This document shows, piece after piece, positions 1 to 14,217 of a stretch of DNA of 64,000 nt. Location of the stretch: assembly GCA_964016885.1 (NCBI GenBank), contig OZ024743.1:366172001-366236000 (forward strand), written 5' to 3'. How positions within the stretch are numbered: the stretch's first letter is position 1; each line of letters begins with the position of its first letter. This stretch comes from Eledone cirrhosa. Taxonomy: Eukaryota. The notes beneath the pieces are model-generated. The model had not been told where the DNA came from. It made no database searches and saw nothing but the letters and a program-made list of their open reading frames with translations. The translations under genes were made by a program, and so were the position numbers.

Positions 1-1202
1 CAGAGTGTTTGTGTGACAGATAACGCTTGCAGAAGACATGAATATGTATAAGAAGCCATATTAATATGTATTCAGTCACACTGTGGAATTAGACCGTGTG
101 GGTAGATCACAGAAGAGATTAGGCTGGTGTACTTTTTTAAAAGTTCAATTCTTCCCAGAATCGTCATTAATAAATACCAACCCGATAAATATTATACTTG
201 CTCTTTGTTTCTCTGCCATGCCCAGCAATTCTTTATACAAAAAATGATCTATATAAATAAACAAGTAAAGCGCACATCCTCTAATATGAATATATCTGTA
301 TACTATTGTATACATATACACACACACAAATTATGCAGATACGCCTAGGTAGGGTAGGGTAAGGTAGTAGCAGCAGCGGGGACAGGGCTGCCTGTGGTGA
401 CTTGTGTCGGACGAATGTGTGAATGTTTGTATGCACACACACACATGCCTAAATATGTGTGTGTGTGTCATTAACGTACGTACGCAATAAACCAAATATC
501 TTAATCTCATCTGTTTTTCTCGCTGTACTATCGATCAGAAATAGGTCGAGGGCGAACTCCTAAATTACTTCTTACTACCGACGATAATAATAATATTAGT
601 AAAAGTAGTCAAGTCGCTTTTCTTTTGAAGTCGGAAGGTATATGAAGGACATGGATTGGTGGAGAGAACCAAATAGTTGTATTGGTAGGTAGTGTTAGCA
701 TAGCCGAATAGTTAAGGAGTTCGCTTCACAATCCTTAAGGTCCCAGGTTCGATCCCATTGTGTAGTATCTTGGGCAAGTGTCATTTAAAATAGCTTCAGG
801 GTGACCCCTGCCTTGTGAGTGAAATGCTGTCAGTAGGGTGAACGGTGTGGCCACGTTAGTAGGTAGGGTAGTGTTAGCAATATAGACTGGGGTATCTGTG
901 CTGACGTGTGTCGGATGAACGGGCAATATGGAAAGAAGAAAGAAAGGTCGGCTTGTATATATTTATTATACAGGGACGTTGTTCTTGTATCATGTCTGTA
1001 AACTTCCCTTAAAAACCAACTAACAGTTGTTGTTGGTTATTACAACTTAAACATAGTTTGACAGGTATTGTTGTTATGGTGTCTATTATTAGTTCTTATT
1101 GATGTTATATCGTTTGTTGTTTGCCGTTGATGTTTATATTGCAACTGGTATTTTGTTTGTTTAATATTTATTATGTACATGGCTACACTCGGGTGCACGT
1201 AC

Positions 1203-1252
<50 letters not shown>

Positions 1253-3627
1253 ATGCGTACTTTGTGTTTACTCTAGACGAAAATGTATTAACGTTTCGCA
1301 CCATGGAGTGCTTTTTGAACGCCTCAAACAATCTGATTGCTATCTGCTCTACTGCGGCTACAACATCGATTTATACTTAATATAAAGAGTCTCTTGTTTT
1401 GCCTTTAAACAAATGCATTTAACCCGTAACCATCCCGCTTAATTCCTGTGCACAGAAAACACGGGATCACTTTATTCAACTTGTCGTTTTTAAGGGTTAG
1501 AGTAGATTTTAGTGAGATTTGGCTGCTTTGTCTAACGGTCGAGGCTTCTTCGTTGACCTGTGAGGTGTCTTTTGTTCGCAGAGTTTTGTTTTAGGGAGAT
1601 TTAGTTGCCTTTTCTAACATGTCAAAACTCCCTCACTGGCTCATAAAGGATTGTATGTGCGCATGGCGTCATGTATTGTGTTTAGGCAAGATTTGCAATC
1701 TTCTTTGCTCGAAAAGAATAGTTAAAAAAAGACAAAAATGAGGAAAAGATTTTTCGGTGGCCGCGAGCTGAAAAAACTTAATGAGAAAATGATGAGTTGT
1801 TTGATGGTTTTACATTGCCCTGATAAAATCCTATCACTCGAGAATGACGAATCAACAGAGTGTGACTGTCATATTCGTTCGGTTCGTATCTCTCTTCATT
1901 GTCTGTAACTGTAAGTTAGATTGAATATGTGTCGCCTGCCTGTTGTCTCTGCATGTCCTTCCCCGCCTTTATATATTTATCTCTCCTCTTATCTCTCGAA
2001 TTTTATTCTACCTATCTCTTTATCCTTCCCCCGATTCACTCCCTATCTCCAAGTATCTCTCTGTTTTTCTTCTACCTCTCTCTTTATTTCTCTTTTACCT
2101 ATCTCCCTCTTTCATCCGCCTATATATATATGTGTGTGTGTGTGCGCGCGCGCGCGCAGAATATCCGTAGATAAAAGGTCAAGGAAAACAATGCTCAAGA
2201 GAGCTTATTTATGCTATATATATGCTCTCTCTCCCCCCATTTTCCTCATTAATTTAAAAGGATGAAGGTAAATTGAGAGAGTGTTTAGAGAGAGACTCTT
2301 GTATGTACCATTTTTTTTTTGCTAGGAGTTTTAGGTGAACAGCCATGGACGATCTCTCGACCTTCCCCTTTCTCCTGTTTCAGTGGAACATCCAGTATAT
2401 GACAGCTGGAAGGAGCGGGGACTGCATCAGTACTGGGCTGGTACTTTCTTTATCGAACCCAAAAGATGAAAGGCAAAGAGGGCCTCGGCGAGATAGGAAC
2501 TAAATTCTGAGTCCTGGAACAAATATCCAACGCTTTATCGACCGCATAATAAAATAGTTATCAAGAATGCATACGCCCCTGTCTCTTAACTAACATTGGC
2601 TACAGCAGGGATCAACAACTTTTTGTAATGGCCCAATTTCGTTTTTGGGGTTTCTTTTACTCATGGTCTACATGTATATTATATCATATTTTGCATATAA
2701 AACTTGGAAAAGGTCTGAAACACGCAGAGAACACCATAGTAGCCCACCTGGAGTACAGTATAATAACGTCTACAATATCAACGAGGTGGGGTCTCTATGT
2801 CCTGCTAGAAATAGCAACCAAATCTTGCTTATATAATCCACACACGCAAACATCCTTAAAAAAAGAGGAAGGGGTCTTTTTTTGCTGAAGGCACGTGGCT
2901 TAATGGTTAGGGAATTGGATTCGCAATCGTGAGTTTGCGAGTTCGATTCCCGGGCTGAGTGATGCGTTATGTCCTTGAGCAAAACATTTTATTTCGCGTT
3001 GCTCTTTCTGTTAGTAGTTGTGACCGGTAGTTGTGACAAGTTTCCACCCCACTCGATAAGCGAATGAGGTTTGGGAAATTGTCGTCGATTGATTTTTTTT
3101 TTTTAATAGGCCAGCTAATCCTGTAGAGGTGAAAGCTGCAAAAAATTTCATATTTGTTTATTTATGGAAGATATATTTTAATTCCCTGTTCCATTTAGAA
3201 GAAAAGAAGTAAAAAATACTAATGACATGAAGCATCACATATTTCTTATTTCTTTTTGTTTTCTCTTTCTCTCTCTGAAAACAAGAAAATTGGCGAGAAG
3301 TCTCCAATATAAACATCCACCCAAATGCAAACATAACAGATCTGTTATTGTTCTTTGAAACTGAGAACAAAATGTCCACATGTTCTCTTGTCGAAGTTAA
3401 TTGCCTAACGCGCGCGTGTGAGATATGTATTAAAAATATAATTTTTAGTGTGGTTTGGTTATATATATATATGTATATACACCAAGAAAAATCGAGGCCA
3501 TATTCATTTGGTTTTGATTTTGGTTTATTAAAATCCGTAATGTACTTTTCGTTGAGCGCTTTATTTTATCTACTTCACAACTGACAGGTCATTATATGGT
3601 CGGCACATCTTTGTTCGGTCAACATCT

Positions 3628-3685
<58 letters not shown>

Positions 3686-6517
3686 TCACAATTAAAACCT
3701 GAAGTCCGTGGTCATCGTAATATTTATAGTAAATTGTGGATAAGGTTTAAAATTCTCCAAGTAAAGAACAAAGCCAGATGAAAATTTCACTGAAATCTTT
3801 TACAAAACCAATCAACAGGAGAATTGAGGAGATATGTGAAGATGCTTTCAACGAAAGATCAGTGTTAACTAAATTTTATTGTCTGATGTCTAACGAAATA
3901 GCTTTCAAAACGGATGCGGACTGACACTTAACTTCATCACACAATGCATTTGTGTACTTTATAAGAACATGTTTGTATGCGTGTAAATAAGTTTGTGAGT
4001 GGTGCGAATCTGTGTCGTATTTATGTATATGCGGTTGTGAATAGATGTCTGTCTGTTGGAGTTCGCCGAAATACTTAAAGAACGAATAAATAAACGTATA
4101 AGCCCCATCATCCCAACTTAACGGTTGATAGTATCTTTATGGAGAGCTCTCGGTTCTGTGAATGTGTATCTAGTATTGCTGGTAAAGGTATCAGATATCA
4201 CAGAGCACAGGTCTATTTAGGAAAGCTGATAACCTAAGATGGCTCCGAGATCAGACGAGAGTTAATGGCAGATGCAATGAAGATTACATGTATGCTGTTA
4301 CGAGTTTAACGGATGGTTGACATATAGAGATAGATAGATAAATATATAGACAGACAGAGGGATAGACAGACTGAAAAATTGTGTGAGAGAGACAGAATAA
4401 GAAGGTCGACTGGAAAATATGGATCGAAGGAAAGAAATGACAAAGAAAAAAAAGAGCGGAGGGGAGAAGCAATGGAAAAAATGAGTGAAAGACAGAAGCA
4501 TACAAGGTGGGAGATGTATGCTGGTGACAGGCAGAGAGGAAAGAGAAAAATAAAGCTTTAAAGACAAGCTTAAGAGAGGAAAATAAGAAGGGGCAGAGAG
4601 AAAATAAGACTGAGGTGAAGATATCTAGAGGTGGTGATGGTGGTGGAATGATAAATATAAAAAAATAGAGAAAACTTAGAAAAGAGAGAGGGGAGAGAAG
4701 ACGATACACGAGGGGGTGGAAGGAAGAAATAATAGAGAAAAGATACGGAATGAGATAAAATAGGTGGAAGAGGGGGGGGGGGGACAACAACAGTAAGAAA
4801 AATGAAGGGATAAGATAAGATAATCGTTGTCAGAGAAATTGACAAAGTGGAGATGTAAAACGCCGCGAGCGAAATATATAGAAAAATAGAGATGTACATA
4901 GAATTAAACAGAAACGTACAGGATATGGTAAAGAGAGAGAAAGAGGGTGATCTGAACACTATGTAAGTAGCTCAACATGCTAGAAATACAAGCCAGATCG
5001 TTGTTAAAATACTCCACTCTCTTAACAAATGACACATTCGACACTAATGCATTTCTGGATATACTAAAAGATGGAATAGTCAAAGCAGACTTAAACATCG
5101 AAATTACACGAATGTGGTCAATACCACTTAACAACACTAGGATAATTCAAGTTGTCATTTGAGCTTTGGGCTCGATACCATTAAAACTAAGAGGTTATCT
5201 TGAGTTTATATTGCTCTCCTACAACGGAATGCCCTGTTGGATCCCGTACCCAAACAAGTGCTGCCTGTCTAGGATCCTGGGCAAAATATCAAACAATAAC
5301 AATAATAATTCTTGTTATTTGCCACAAGGGCGAGAAATAAAAGGGGACATTACAAGAATGACAAACGATATGTACAAAACGTTTGTGTAAGATATCCACC
5401 TAATTCCATTTAGTTAAAAGGATAATATAAGCCAGGCTTTAATGTATGTAAAGAAGGTTTTTGCTTTAATCCTTATGTATGTATATACGTCATTAACAGC
5501 TACACACACACCTTCCTCAGGCAATGATATGGGAAACACTTACCACTTTATATTGGCTGGTGAAACAAAGTTAAATACACCACACCAAACAAACGAACGT
5601 GCACGCAAGCGTGCACAAGGCGTCGAATCGGCAGCTTGAATTAGCAGACGTCTGAGAGAATGCTTTGCTTTAATCACTCCGGTTCTCTGCGTTCTTAAGT
5701 CAACTTTGCTTTTCATCCTTTATCCTTTGCGATCGGTAATTAAAGTACTCTGGGTCGATGTTCCTCCTCTTCTCCCCTCTATATCTATCTATCTTGCTCT
5801 AGAAGTAATTGATTATTCAGATTTAGAGAGAGATCGGTTCCGCCTGGTTTAAGTGGCCGAGACACGCAATGTGTCAGAGGGGCCCATGGATGTGTATATT
5901 TGAACTATTATTCTATGGTGGGCTCCCCCGTTTCGCTCAACCATCCGCTCTGTATATGAATTCTCTATAAAATATAATAAAATCTACATATTAGTAATAT
6001 ATATTGAATACTCAAATACACACGGTCCTCTTTGTTTATAACAATGAACATTCATGTAGAAGTGTATTATATGCATACGCGTATTTATTTATATGAATGA
6101 GGAAAAATAGACAAAATATTAAGTGAAGTTTCGAAAGCGGTAGGTATGTTTGATATAAGCGTGAAGGGGCAGGTGCATGGCACAATACAGAGAATAACGC
6201 CAATGTTTGGAACAGCAGGGAAGTAGTAATATTTTAAAGTGAAGAAATCAGGATAAAAAGACGGAGAAATAAAGAAGAGGTTGCATCAAAGGTGAGAAGA
6301 AAGAAGAAAGACAACAAACAAAACTTGTGTAACATAGAAGCTGTTATGAAGGCCAAGAAAAGGTGTGCGTGTGTATATAATATATATATATAGAGAGAGA
6401 GAGAGTATATAAGGTGATAGAGAGGGGGAGATGCACAGTCAGACAGAAAGAGAAGAATGTGAAGATATATAGACACAACATTAAACAAGATAGCAGCAAA
6501 ACGATAAGCCCAAGGTA

Positions 6518-6710
6518 ATAATTGTTTCTACTTTTGGCACAAGGCCAGCAATTACTTAGTACATTACTGGTACTTTATTTTATCGACCCCGTAAGGATGA
6601 AAGGCAAAGTTAACCTCGGCGGGATTTGAACTCAGAATGGAAAGGGCCGTAATTCTATGCGTCAAAGCATGACGTCCGACCCTCTACCGATACTGCCAAT
6701 CCACCGCCCA
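6518..6710 (-). mobile_element. tRNA-derived SINE family B (central GCCTTTCATCC..GGGGTCGATAAAATAAAGTACCAG domain, MetaSINE-like), full-length copy with TSD
   Basis: Minus strand has A-box-like TGGCAGTATCGG and B-box GAGTTCAAATCCC; flanked by a 15-bp direct repeat GCCCAAGGTAATAAT (6508-6522 and 6706-6720); many similar copies in the window. Confidence 0.85.
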
Positions 6711-6999
6711 AGGTAATAATAATAGACATACACAACTGTTGGTTCACTTATCTCAAGTTATTTTCCTCTGAAACTCTTTAAAAACAATTGTCTTTCTCAC
6801 ACAACGAACGATTCTTGTTTGCTTACAATGAAAAAGAAAAAAAAATGAAAGCTTTTATGTCTTCGTATTTTTAATGATTTTTATCTTTATTTTGTTTATT
6901 CATTGTCATATATTTCGCTTTTTTTAATCCAACATTCTGCCAACTAAGCGTGGCGATAGGGATAGATAGAATCTATGCTAAGGCAAAGAGAAGAAGAGT

Positions 7000-7330
7000 T
7001 TGGATAACACGCCAGTAAAGGTTTTTTTTAGGTCTGGAAGGAGGGGCAGTACCTAAGGCCTTGGCTTGTGACTACTGTTTATATTCCGCTTAAATGTTTG
7101 AAAGTCGACACCTGTAAGAAAGACCTGAGCAGAGATGGGATTCCAGAGGTCCGGTACTCCGCGTGTTGATTAGTATGGGTTCTTGTGTGAAGGTGGATAC
7201 AACACGGGCGATGAGAGAAGGAAAATGAATGACTTTGTAACACCTGGTACGAGACCAGTTAGCCATGGGGAATAGAAATAGAAATCATAAAAAAGGTAGA
7301 CAGTGGAGACAACACACTTGGGTGGAGTCT
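7000..7330 (-). pseudogene. Decayed non-LTR retrotransposon ORF2 C-terminus and 3' end (CR1/L2/Jockey-like)
   Basis: Minus-strand translation resembles the RT tail (VVSTVYLFYDFY...LTGLVP; ...LWNP...VDFQTFKRNINS), with frameshifts. Confidence 0.4.
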
Positions 7331-7920
7331 CGAGCGCTATAAGTGACTCGCCTGTCATGACTGGTCATGGGTTTTGACCCCTAACTGACTGATCATGGTT
7401 TGTCTCTCCGAGACACAAGCTTCGGCATGGTGTTTTGCCAGTCTCCGCCTTTGTCGACATTTTCCCAACTAAGTAGACTGGAACAGATTCAAAGTGTCTT
7501 AGCATCCTACCCACTAAGTTACGTCTTCTCAGGAGACTTTATCTCTTGAGGATGGTGATAGTGGTCATCGTGAACAGAAACTTGGCATCAATATCAAGTC
7601 TTGCCAATCATATATTAGTTTTAAAATAACAAAGAAGAAAATAGATTTAAACTATTATGTTTAGTCCATGGTCGAGTTTGATTAACAGACCTACGATTAA
7701 ATACATTCTAGCTATGTCTTTCACGTTGGTGTTTATATCCAGTATTAAAAGATGCGATCCTTTTAAAATATGTGATTTAAAGGAGATTTGATTGCTGCTA
7801 TTTCTTACAGGTCTAGCAACCACATAGAGGTCCCCTCTTCTTCTAATAGTAATTAAAACGAACGTGGACATCGAAGCTAAGTTACGACCAACGTACTTAT
7901 ATTGATTAATACTTATATTG

Positions 7921-8050
7921 GCGGTGAATTGGCAGAATCGTTATAGTATAGGACAAAATGCAGTCTGGTTCTGAGTTCAAACCCCACCGAGGCTAACTTT
8001 ACCTTTCATCCTTCCGGAGTCGATAAAATAATGTACCAATCCAGTGCGAT
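7921..8050 (+). mobile_element. SINE family B, diverged copy
   Basis: GGCGGTGAATTGGCAGAATCG...GAGTTCAAACCCC...CCTTTCATCCTTCCGGAGTCGATAAAATAATGTACC. Confidence 0.75.
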
Positions 8051-10314
8051 GGATTGGCGTAATTGTTAAGTTAACGAACGAGTTGTTTTGAGGTAATTGT
8101 CCTGTTTGAGTTCTGAATTCAAATCCGTCTGTGGCTTACTTGGGTGGTAAATTTAATCCGTTGTCCAGTTTAACACCACCTCCTACATCGAGCGAACTCT
8201 ACTATTTTGCAAACATTCGTAGCATGTCTCCTGTTTGAGAATGTTTTCTCTCTTCCCTCCAACCATGGACACCGCTATTCCACCTCTAACCAAACAGTAA
8301 AAAAAATAATAATCGAACAATAGAATGATTCCTAACTTAGATTTAAGTACTGGCTGGGGAAAGATTATCCAAAAGCACGTGGTTGAGAAGCGAATTTCTT
8401 AACCACATGGCTTATACCCTACGACCAGACATTTATTTATAATGTATAAAAACATACTTTTATGGGATTAGCTATCCAAAGTAGATCATCGGATTAATAA
8501 AAATTAACAATTGTTATCAATTTTATTCGGTAAGCAAAACACAGTTACAAAATATATTAACATAAATCTTTAGAAATTGACGGCTTTTGTCCGTGTTTCT
8601 TCCGGTTGTTGTGACCTTACAGTAATATACATACGAAAACAAACAAATGGTTCTAGAATACTGGACTCATGTTTCGTGAGTCATCAGTTCGTATCTTGCC
8701 TCTGGCAGCTTTGTCAAAATCTTTCTATTGGAACACAATTGAAGCTGCGACGTACGATATAGGTGATATGACAACTATTAATTAGCTAAACCTTTTATTA
8801 TCATCACGTGTTGGTTGGTGGGGACAACGAAGAGAAACTAGTCACATTCATATATTGTTCTTTAGCCCCAGGTCAGCTCTGACCGAGCATATCTTATGAT
8901 CAAATGCGTTCCAGCTTTGACTGCAATAATCAAACAAATAAACAAAACATGAACATATCGTATTTATTGATATTCTTTTCAAATATTAGTAAATCTAGGG
9001 ACTACATTATCCTGCGGGTACTGCTTAACTTTAAAGGATGGTATGCGGGAGATTTGGTAGCAATTTTTAGTTGGTTAGAGTTGTTGATAGTGAAACGAGT
9101 GCTCACTCGTTAATGTTTGAATTAAAAAGAACTTTGTATTACGATGTTGTCTCTTATTAAATATAATTATCAAATACGTATATAACAAATTCTAAAAGAT
9201 ATCACGATGATCAGAGTAAACTTGATAACATTTATTGCAAATGGACTCTCGCCTACAGAGAGAGGGGTGTGATCAAATTCTTTTATTGATTTCAGTCAAT
9301 CATATCGACCTCAGTGCATATTTTTTTCAAGTCTGATATTTATTTTATCGATCTCTTTTTGTCTAACCGCTAAATTGAGACATAAAAAACAAACAAATGC
9401 ACACACACATACACACATATTTATATATATATATATACATTGTATATATGTGGGTATGTAGTATTAGTATAGTTCAAATGATGAATATGCAGGGCTTCAT
9501 AGTTAGGGGTCTTTTGTTGACGATTGTAAAGTCCTGAGTTCATTTCTCGGTGGCGCATTGTGTCTTTGGGCAAGTCACTTTATTTCACATTGATCTGCGC
9601 CACTCAGCTGGCAAAAATACTTTATACCTGTAATTCAAAGATGTTTGTGGTTGTGCGTGACTTGCTAGACTATTAAATGAAGAATAAACGCTGTCAGACT
9701 TAAGAAAAACTATCCCCGTAATGAAAATTATATTACGATGCATTATCGGAATTTCTCTGCTGCAGGGTTAAATAATAATTCCACAGTGAATGGACAATAA
9801 GAGTATATGCAATCAAGAGTTCGCAGGTAATGCTCTCTACTGTAACACAAAGGAATGCGCGCGCGCGCGCACACTCTCTACAAGGCGGATGCCATTAAAA
9901 GGGATAACCCCAAAGAAAAAGATACATACACACTTATGTGTGAGAGAGAGGGCAATTGGGAGAGTAGGTGGCGAATTAGCATAGTCAAGCGTCGGAGTGA
10001 GTGTTTTACGGTATTCGCACCGAGTTCATGTTTCACCGAGGTCAATATGCCTTTCATCCTTGTACGGTCATCCATAAATAAATTGATTCTTCTGCTTCCT
10101 CCGGAAAGGGATAGGCTCCGCCGGGTTTATAATGACACGATGTATGTCCCAACGGCACCCATACGTTTCCATTGTATGATGTTCGTATGAATACACACAG
10201 ATTTTATATATGAGATAGATAGATAGATTGGAAGTTACAAGTTCAGACTAATAAGACCATGTTCAACTAAATACACGATACTTAGGAAAGTAGAGTGTGT
10301 GTATTATAAATAGT

Positions 10315-10398
10315 TAGTGCCCGGCGGCTGAGCTCAGACATTTTCGACGGCGAGTGGATATCCACTCACCGGCGAAACGGAATGAGCTCAGCCGTTTG

Positions 10399-10404
<6 letters not shown>
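10315..10404. repeat. ~90-bp GC-rich palindrome (MITE-like)
   Basis: TAGTGCC..CGGCTGAGCTCA / TGAGCTCAGCCG..GGTACTA arms with a perfect central GAGTGGATATCCACTC; adjoins (TA)n. Confidence 0.8.
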
Positions 10405-10444
<40 letters not shown>

Positions 10445-10829
10445 TCACACACCACACACACACAGTTACGTGCGTGTGTGACTGTTGTAAAACAGCTGCT
10501 ACCTTTTGAACTCCAAGACACTTAGCTTACTGTGATCTCACCCTCACCGAGTTAAGTATCATATCTTGGGTACTCTTTATTCGGAGATATTACCAAGTGG
10601 TCTATTACTAACACTTTAATGACACCACTCGAGAAGAGAATAGTTTCGTCAAACATTTAGAAGAGGCTGGTAGAAAATGACCATTATGTATTGAAATGGT
10701 CATTTTAATAAGGTTGGTAAATTAGAGATAAGAACCACGTAAAGAAATGTAGCTTATTTTATTATAACAACGGTCAGGATATTCAACCAATGTAAAAGTC
10801 GTTAGTTGACAAAATGGGCAAATGAGGAA

Positions 10830-11110
10830 ACCTCTACGTGGTCCATCGACCTGCTAAAGATAGCAGTCAAATCTCAATTACATCATACCAAATCACCTTT
10901 AAAACTGTAGACATGGATGTGCATAAAGATGGGATAATCACGACTGGAAAACATTTGATCATATATCTGCAGGAGGTAGCAGTAAAATCTCCCACACATC
11001 TTTTTTAAATGCGGAGAAGTTGGATAATGGTATACAAAAACGGGATGTTGACGACTGGAATGCTTTTGATCGTCTGCTGGATCAGCGCTAACCTGGAGCT
11101 AAACAATAAC
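10830..11110 (+). repeat. Interspersed repeat family C (GACCTGCTAGAAATAGCAGCCAAATCT...CTGGGGCTAAACAACAAC-type tail)
   Basis: Related segments occur at ~1490-1640(-), 2790-2880, 8860-8930(-), 9000-9110(-), 60880-60950(-) and 63150-63330, the last ending in (AAC)n. Confidence 0.55.
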
Positions 11111-11175
11111 CATTCAGAAAAGGGTAATGAATGGAAGCCATGACCATATTTGATGTCCAGTATAACATTTGAAAG

Positions 11176-11322
11176 GCGGCGAATTGGCTGAGTCGTTAGA
11201 ACGTCGGATAGAATGCTTTATGGTATTCGTTCCGTCTCTCTGAGTTCAAATCCCGCTGAGGTCAACTTTGCCTTTCATCCTTTCGGGGTCGATCAAAAAG
11301 TACCAGTCTAGTACTGGGGTTG
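11176..11322 (+). mobile_element. SINE family B copy
   Basis: GGCGGCGAATTGGCTGAGTCG...GAGTTCAAATCCC...GCCTTTCATCCTTTCGGGGTCGAT..GTACCAG. Confidence 0.8.
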
Positions 11323-11666
11323 ATCTTCCTCTCTTTGGAAGAAATCAGTTGTACTCAGGCCTGGAGAAGGATGGACTCCGCCAGGTTTAATATTCCCAAG
11401 AGATGCCATCTGTCAATACGGCATCTCTACAACTCTATTAGGAGTTACAGGGCCATATCATACCATAGCATCTGGAATCAACTCCATCACATTATATATA
11501 TATTCTTTTATACTTTTGAGTTAAGAGACATTAAACTAGAGACATGCCTTCAGAGAAATGTTTTCCTTTGGTCGAACATAACGTCCCTATAAGTTGCTTC
11601 ATTCTGGTATATATTTTATCGATTTCTTAAACGTAAAGAGGCATAAAATGTACACACACATTCATT

Positions 11667-11721
<55 letters not shown>

Positions 11722-13093
11722 CGAGATTCCATATAGTTTGTACGTGTGTGTTGGAACTCCACCGCTTCCGACGACGAGTGTTCCAGTTGATGGAATGATC
11801 GGAACAGCCTGCTCGTGAGGTTAACATAGAAGTGGCTGAGCGTTCCTCAGACACGTGTAGCTATAGAGTAGTTCTCAGGAAGATTCAACACGCTGCATCG
11901 TGAGGGTTCTTTCTCAGGCACGATATCTTCATCCAAATTTGGCAGAGAAGAGTGGCAATCTGGATATCTATTTTCATACATCCACATCTAATATGGTGGA
12001 CTTTGCATTGTTCTCGTCTACTCAGCTGAAAATACGTACCAACAGAAGCACATGGTAGTTAAGCCAGCGAAGGATTGGTGTCTCATCCAGGGGAGAGTAT
12101 TGTGCTCTCAGTTAGTTAACGACATTAACGCCGGGATAAGCTCCGGTCTGATGAGCTACCGGGCTTGGGATAGATTTTAATGTTTTTTATAAATTGCGGA
12201 GTGTAGTTACTTAACTGAGGGAGATATGCTGTTCTACTAAAAATGTGGGAGTTTGCGTACTGATTTGTTAAAAAAATTTGCTGTTGCTGTTTATATTACT
12301 ACAAAACTGCGGAAATAAATCAGAAATATAACAGAAACACCGAGGAGATAAAATTACCGTAGATGTACATGAGCATGTGCCTGTGAATGATAGAGAGAAA
12401 GGAAAAGGTTGAAAGAATTTATCTCTTTTTGACTTGGATCTGTCACCATTTCCATCATTTTACAACTCTTTTATAACTCTTTCCCTTTCACCACATATCT
12501 TTCTTTCTCTAGCCTCTTCTCACCTGTCACCTTAATTACTGTAATATGTCTTGCTTACTCTTTCTTTTATCTGTTTCCCCACTCAATTTTCTTCCTTTTC
12601 ATTAACTCTCCCTCTCTTTCTCTTACCTCTTTATTCTCTCCTACCTCTTTATTCTCTCCTCTTCTTTTTCTCCGTTTGTGTATGTGTGTGCGTGTGTGTC
12701 GTGGGCTTTTTAAAAAAAAACTATCATATAATAGACGTCACATCTCCCGGTCTGTTTTTCCCTATTCTCCCTTGTTACCTTTTCTACGCATCAGAGTCCT
12801 GCGTTGTCTGCATGTTGGACACTAGTCCTTACTCCCTTCTGTTTTACTTCTTTGGCTAAGTCCTTGCGCTCTCTATACTTGTGTAATTTGCCTAAAGACA
12901 TAACTTGTCTCTACCTGTTTTGGTATGTTCCGATGTGCGCTGGATTGAATGGTATCGACCTTAATGAACCGAAACCGTAATGATTTCCAGAGGTTAACTG
13001 AGATGCGACTGTCCGTCTTTCTGTTGTTTTTTTCTCTCCATTTTCTTTGTCCTGTGTGCTCCCTATTTTGAATATATATATTTATATATATAT

Positions 13094-13860
13094 CATAGAA
13101 AATAATCAAATTTTTGTTTAATGCATTTAATTGCTGAAATCAGGCCTTCCAAACAAATGTCTGGAATTATTGGAGCATATACAATGTTAAAACAAATAAT
13201 TAAATTTCTAATCTTTAGAACATGGCGTGTGTAAGCAATAAGTATAGATTTAATTCATTAACTTTTTCAAAATGCAACCGTTATTTCAACAAGTCAATAC
13301 CATCACATTCTTAAGGTTTCGTACAAGCTGATGTTTGGTCTTTAACCGTAATCTAAATTGGTGTATTACTTTGAGAAATGTCAACTAGGATAATATTCAA
13401 ACACCGATTATGGCACAACAAGAAGATATAGAAGAACATTAAAGAAGTAGCTTATACCTTGCATAACATCTTTGCCTGTAACTAATTCATTATATAATGC
13501 TTACATAACACATATATGCATGCTACTACTACACATCTGTCTTACCTTAATGCATGCTATTATTAACATTCTTTGTATATACTTGATATATTGACTTTAA
13601 TACTCTCTTTATAATACTTTTCAATATTTTAATATCTTTTCATTGTAATATTTTGTTCTTGCTCTTCAACATATTGTTACTGACAATATTAATTATAATG
13701 TATCTAAATGAATGTTCTAAAGATTAGGAATTTAATTATTTGTTTTAACACTGTACATGCTCCGATGATTCCAGGCATTTGCCTGGAAAAAACGATCGTC
13801 AGCAATTAAATGCATTAAACAAAAATGTTATTGTTTTCTATGTTGCATTTTTGCTCTGTA
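13094..13860 (+). mobile_element. Penelope-like insertion with ~130-bp inverted terminal (pLTR-type) repeats containing a degenerate hammerhead motif
   Basis: 13094-13223 is the approximate reverse complement of 13712-13842; the right arm contains TGCT-CCGATGA-TTCCAGGCA tt TGCCTGGAA-AAAAC-GATC-GTC-AGCA; flanked by TA repeats. Confidence 0.65.
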
Positions 13861-14172
13861 ATATATATGATATTTTACATTGAGCTAATTTTCTTACTGG
13901 TAATTTGGGTAATACAAAATATTACCCTTATCTTAGTTATAATTGTATATAGATTATATATATAAGTATAGATATTATTATTATTATTACAGTTGCATTT
14001 ATCTTGCTTTATGTTCATACGAGTTATCACCAAGTCACAACCAGTGACCTCAAGAGACAACAAGGTCCGCCATGTTCAAGAAAGAACATACATACTCACA
14101 CATGCATCTTTAGTGTTTAGACTTGTGATGTACGTATATTGACAGAATCTTCCTTAGTATATGGGCAGTTCC

Positions 14173-14217
<45 letters not shown>

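Noticed and set aside
4284-4959. Hydrophobic ORFs of 129-168 aa on the minus strand
   Set aside because: They arise from a purine-rich low-complexity tract (F/L/S bias) and show no domain features.
5505-5530. Minus-strand CTGAGGA as a hammerhead core
   Set aside because: No GAAA at a compatible distance and no helix I.
12060-12175. CTGATGAG at ~12148 as a hammerhead core
   Set aside because: No downstream GAAA or helix III; the context (CATCCAGGGG...CCGGGATAAGCTCCGG.CTGATGAG) matches a common SINE 3' region.
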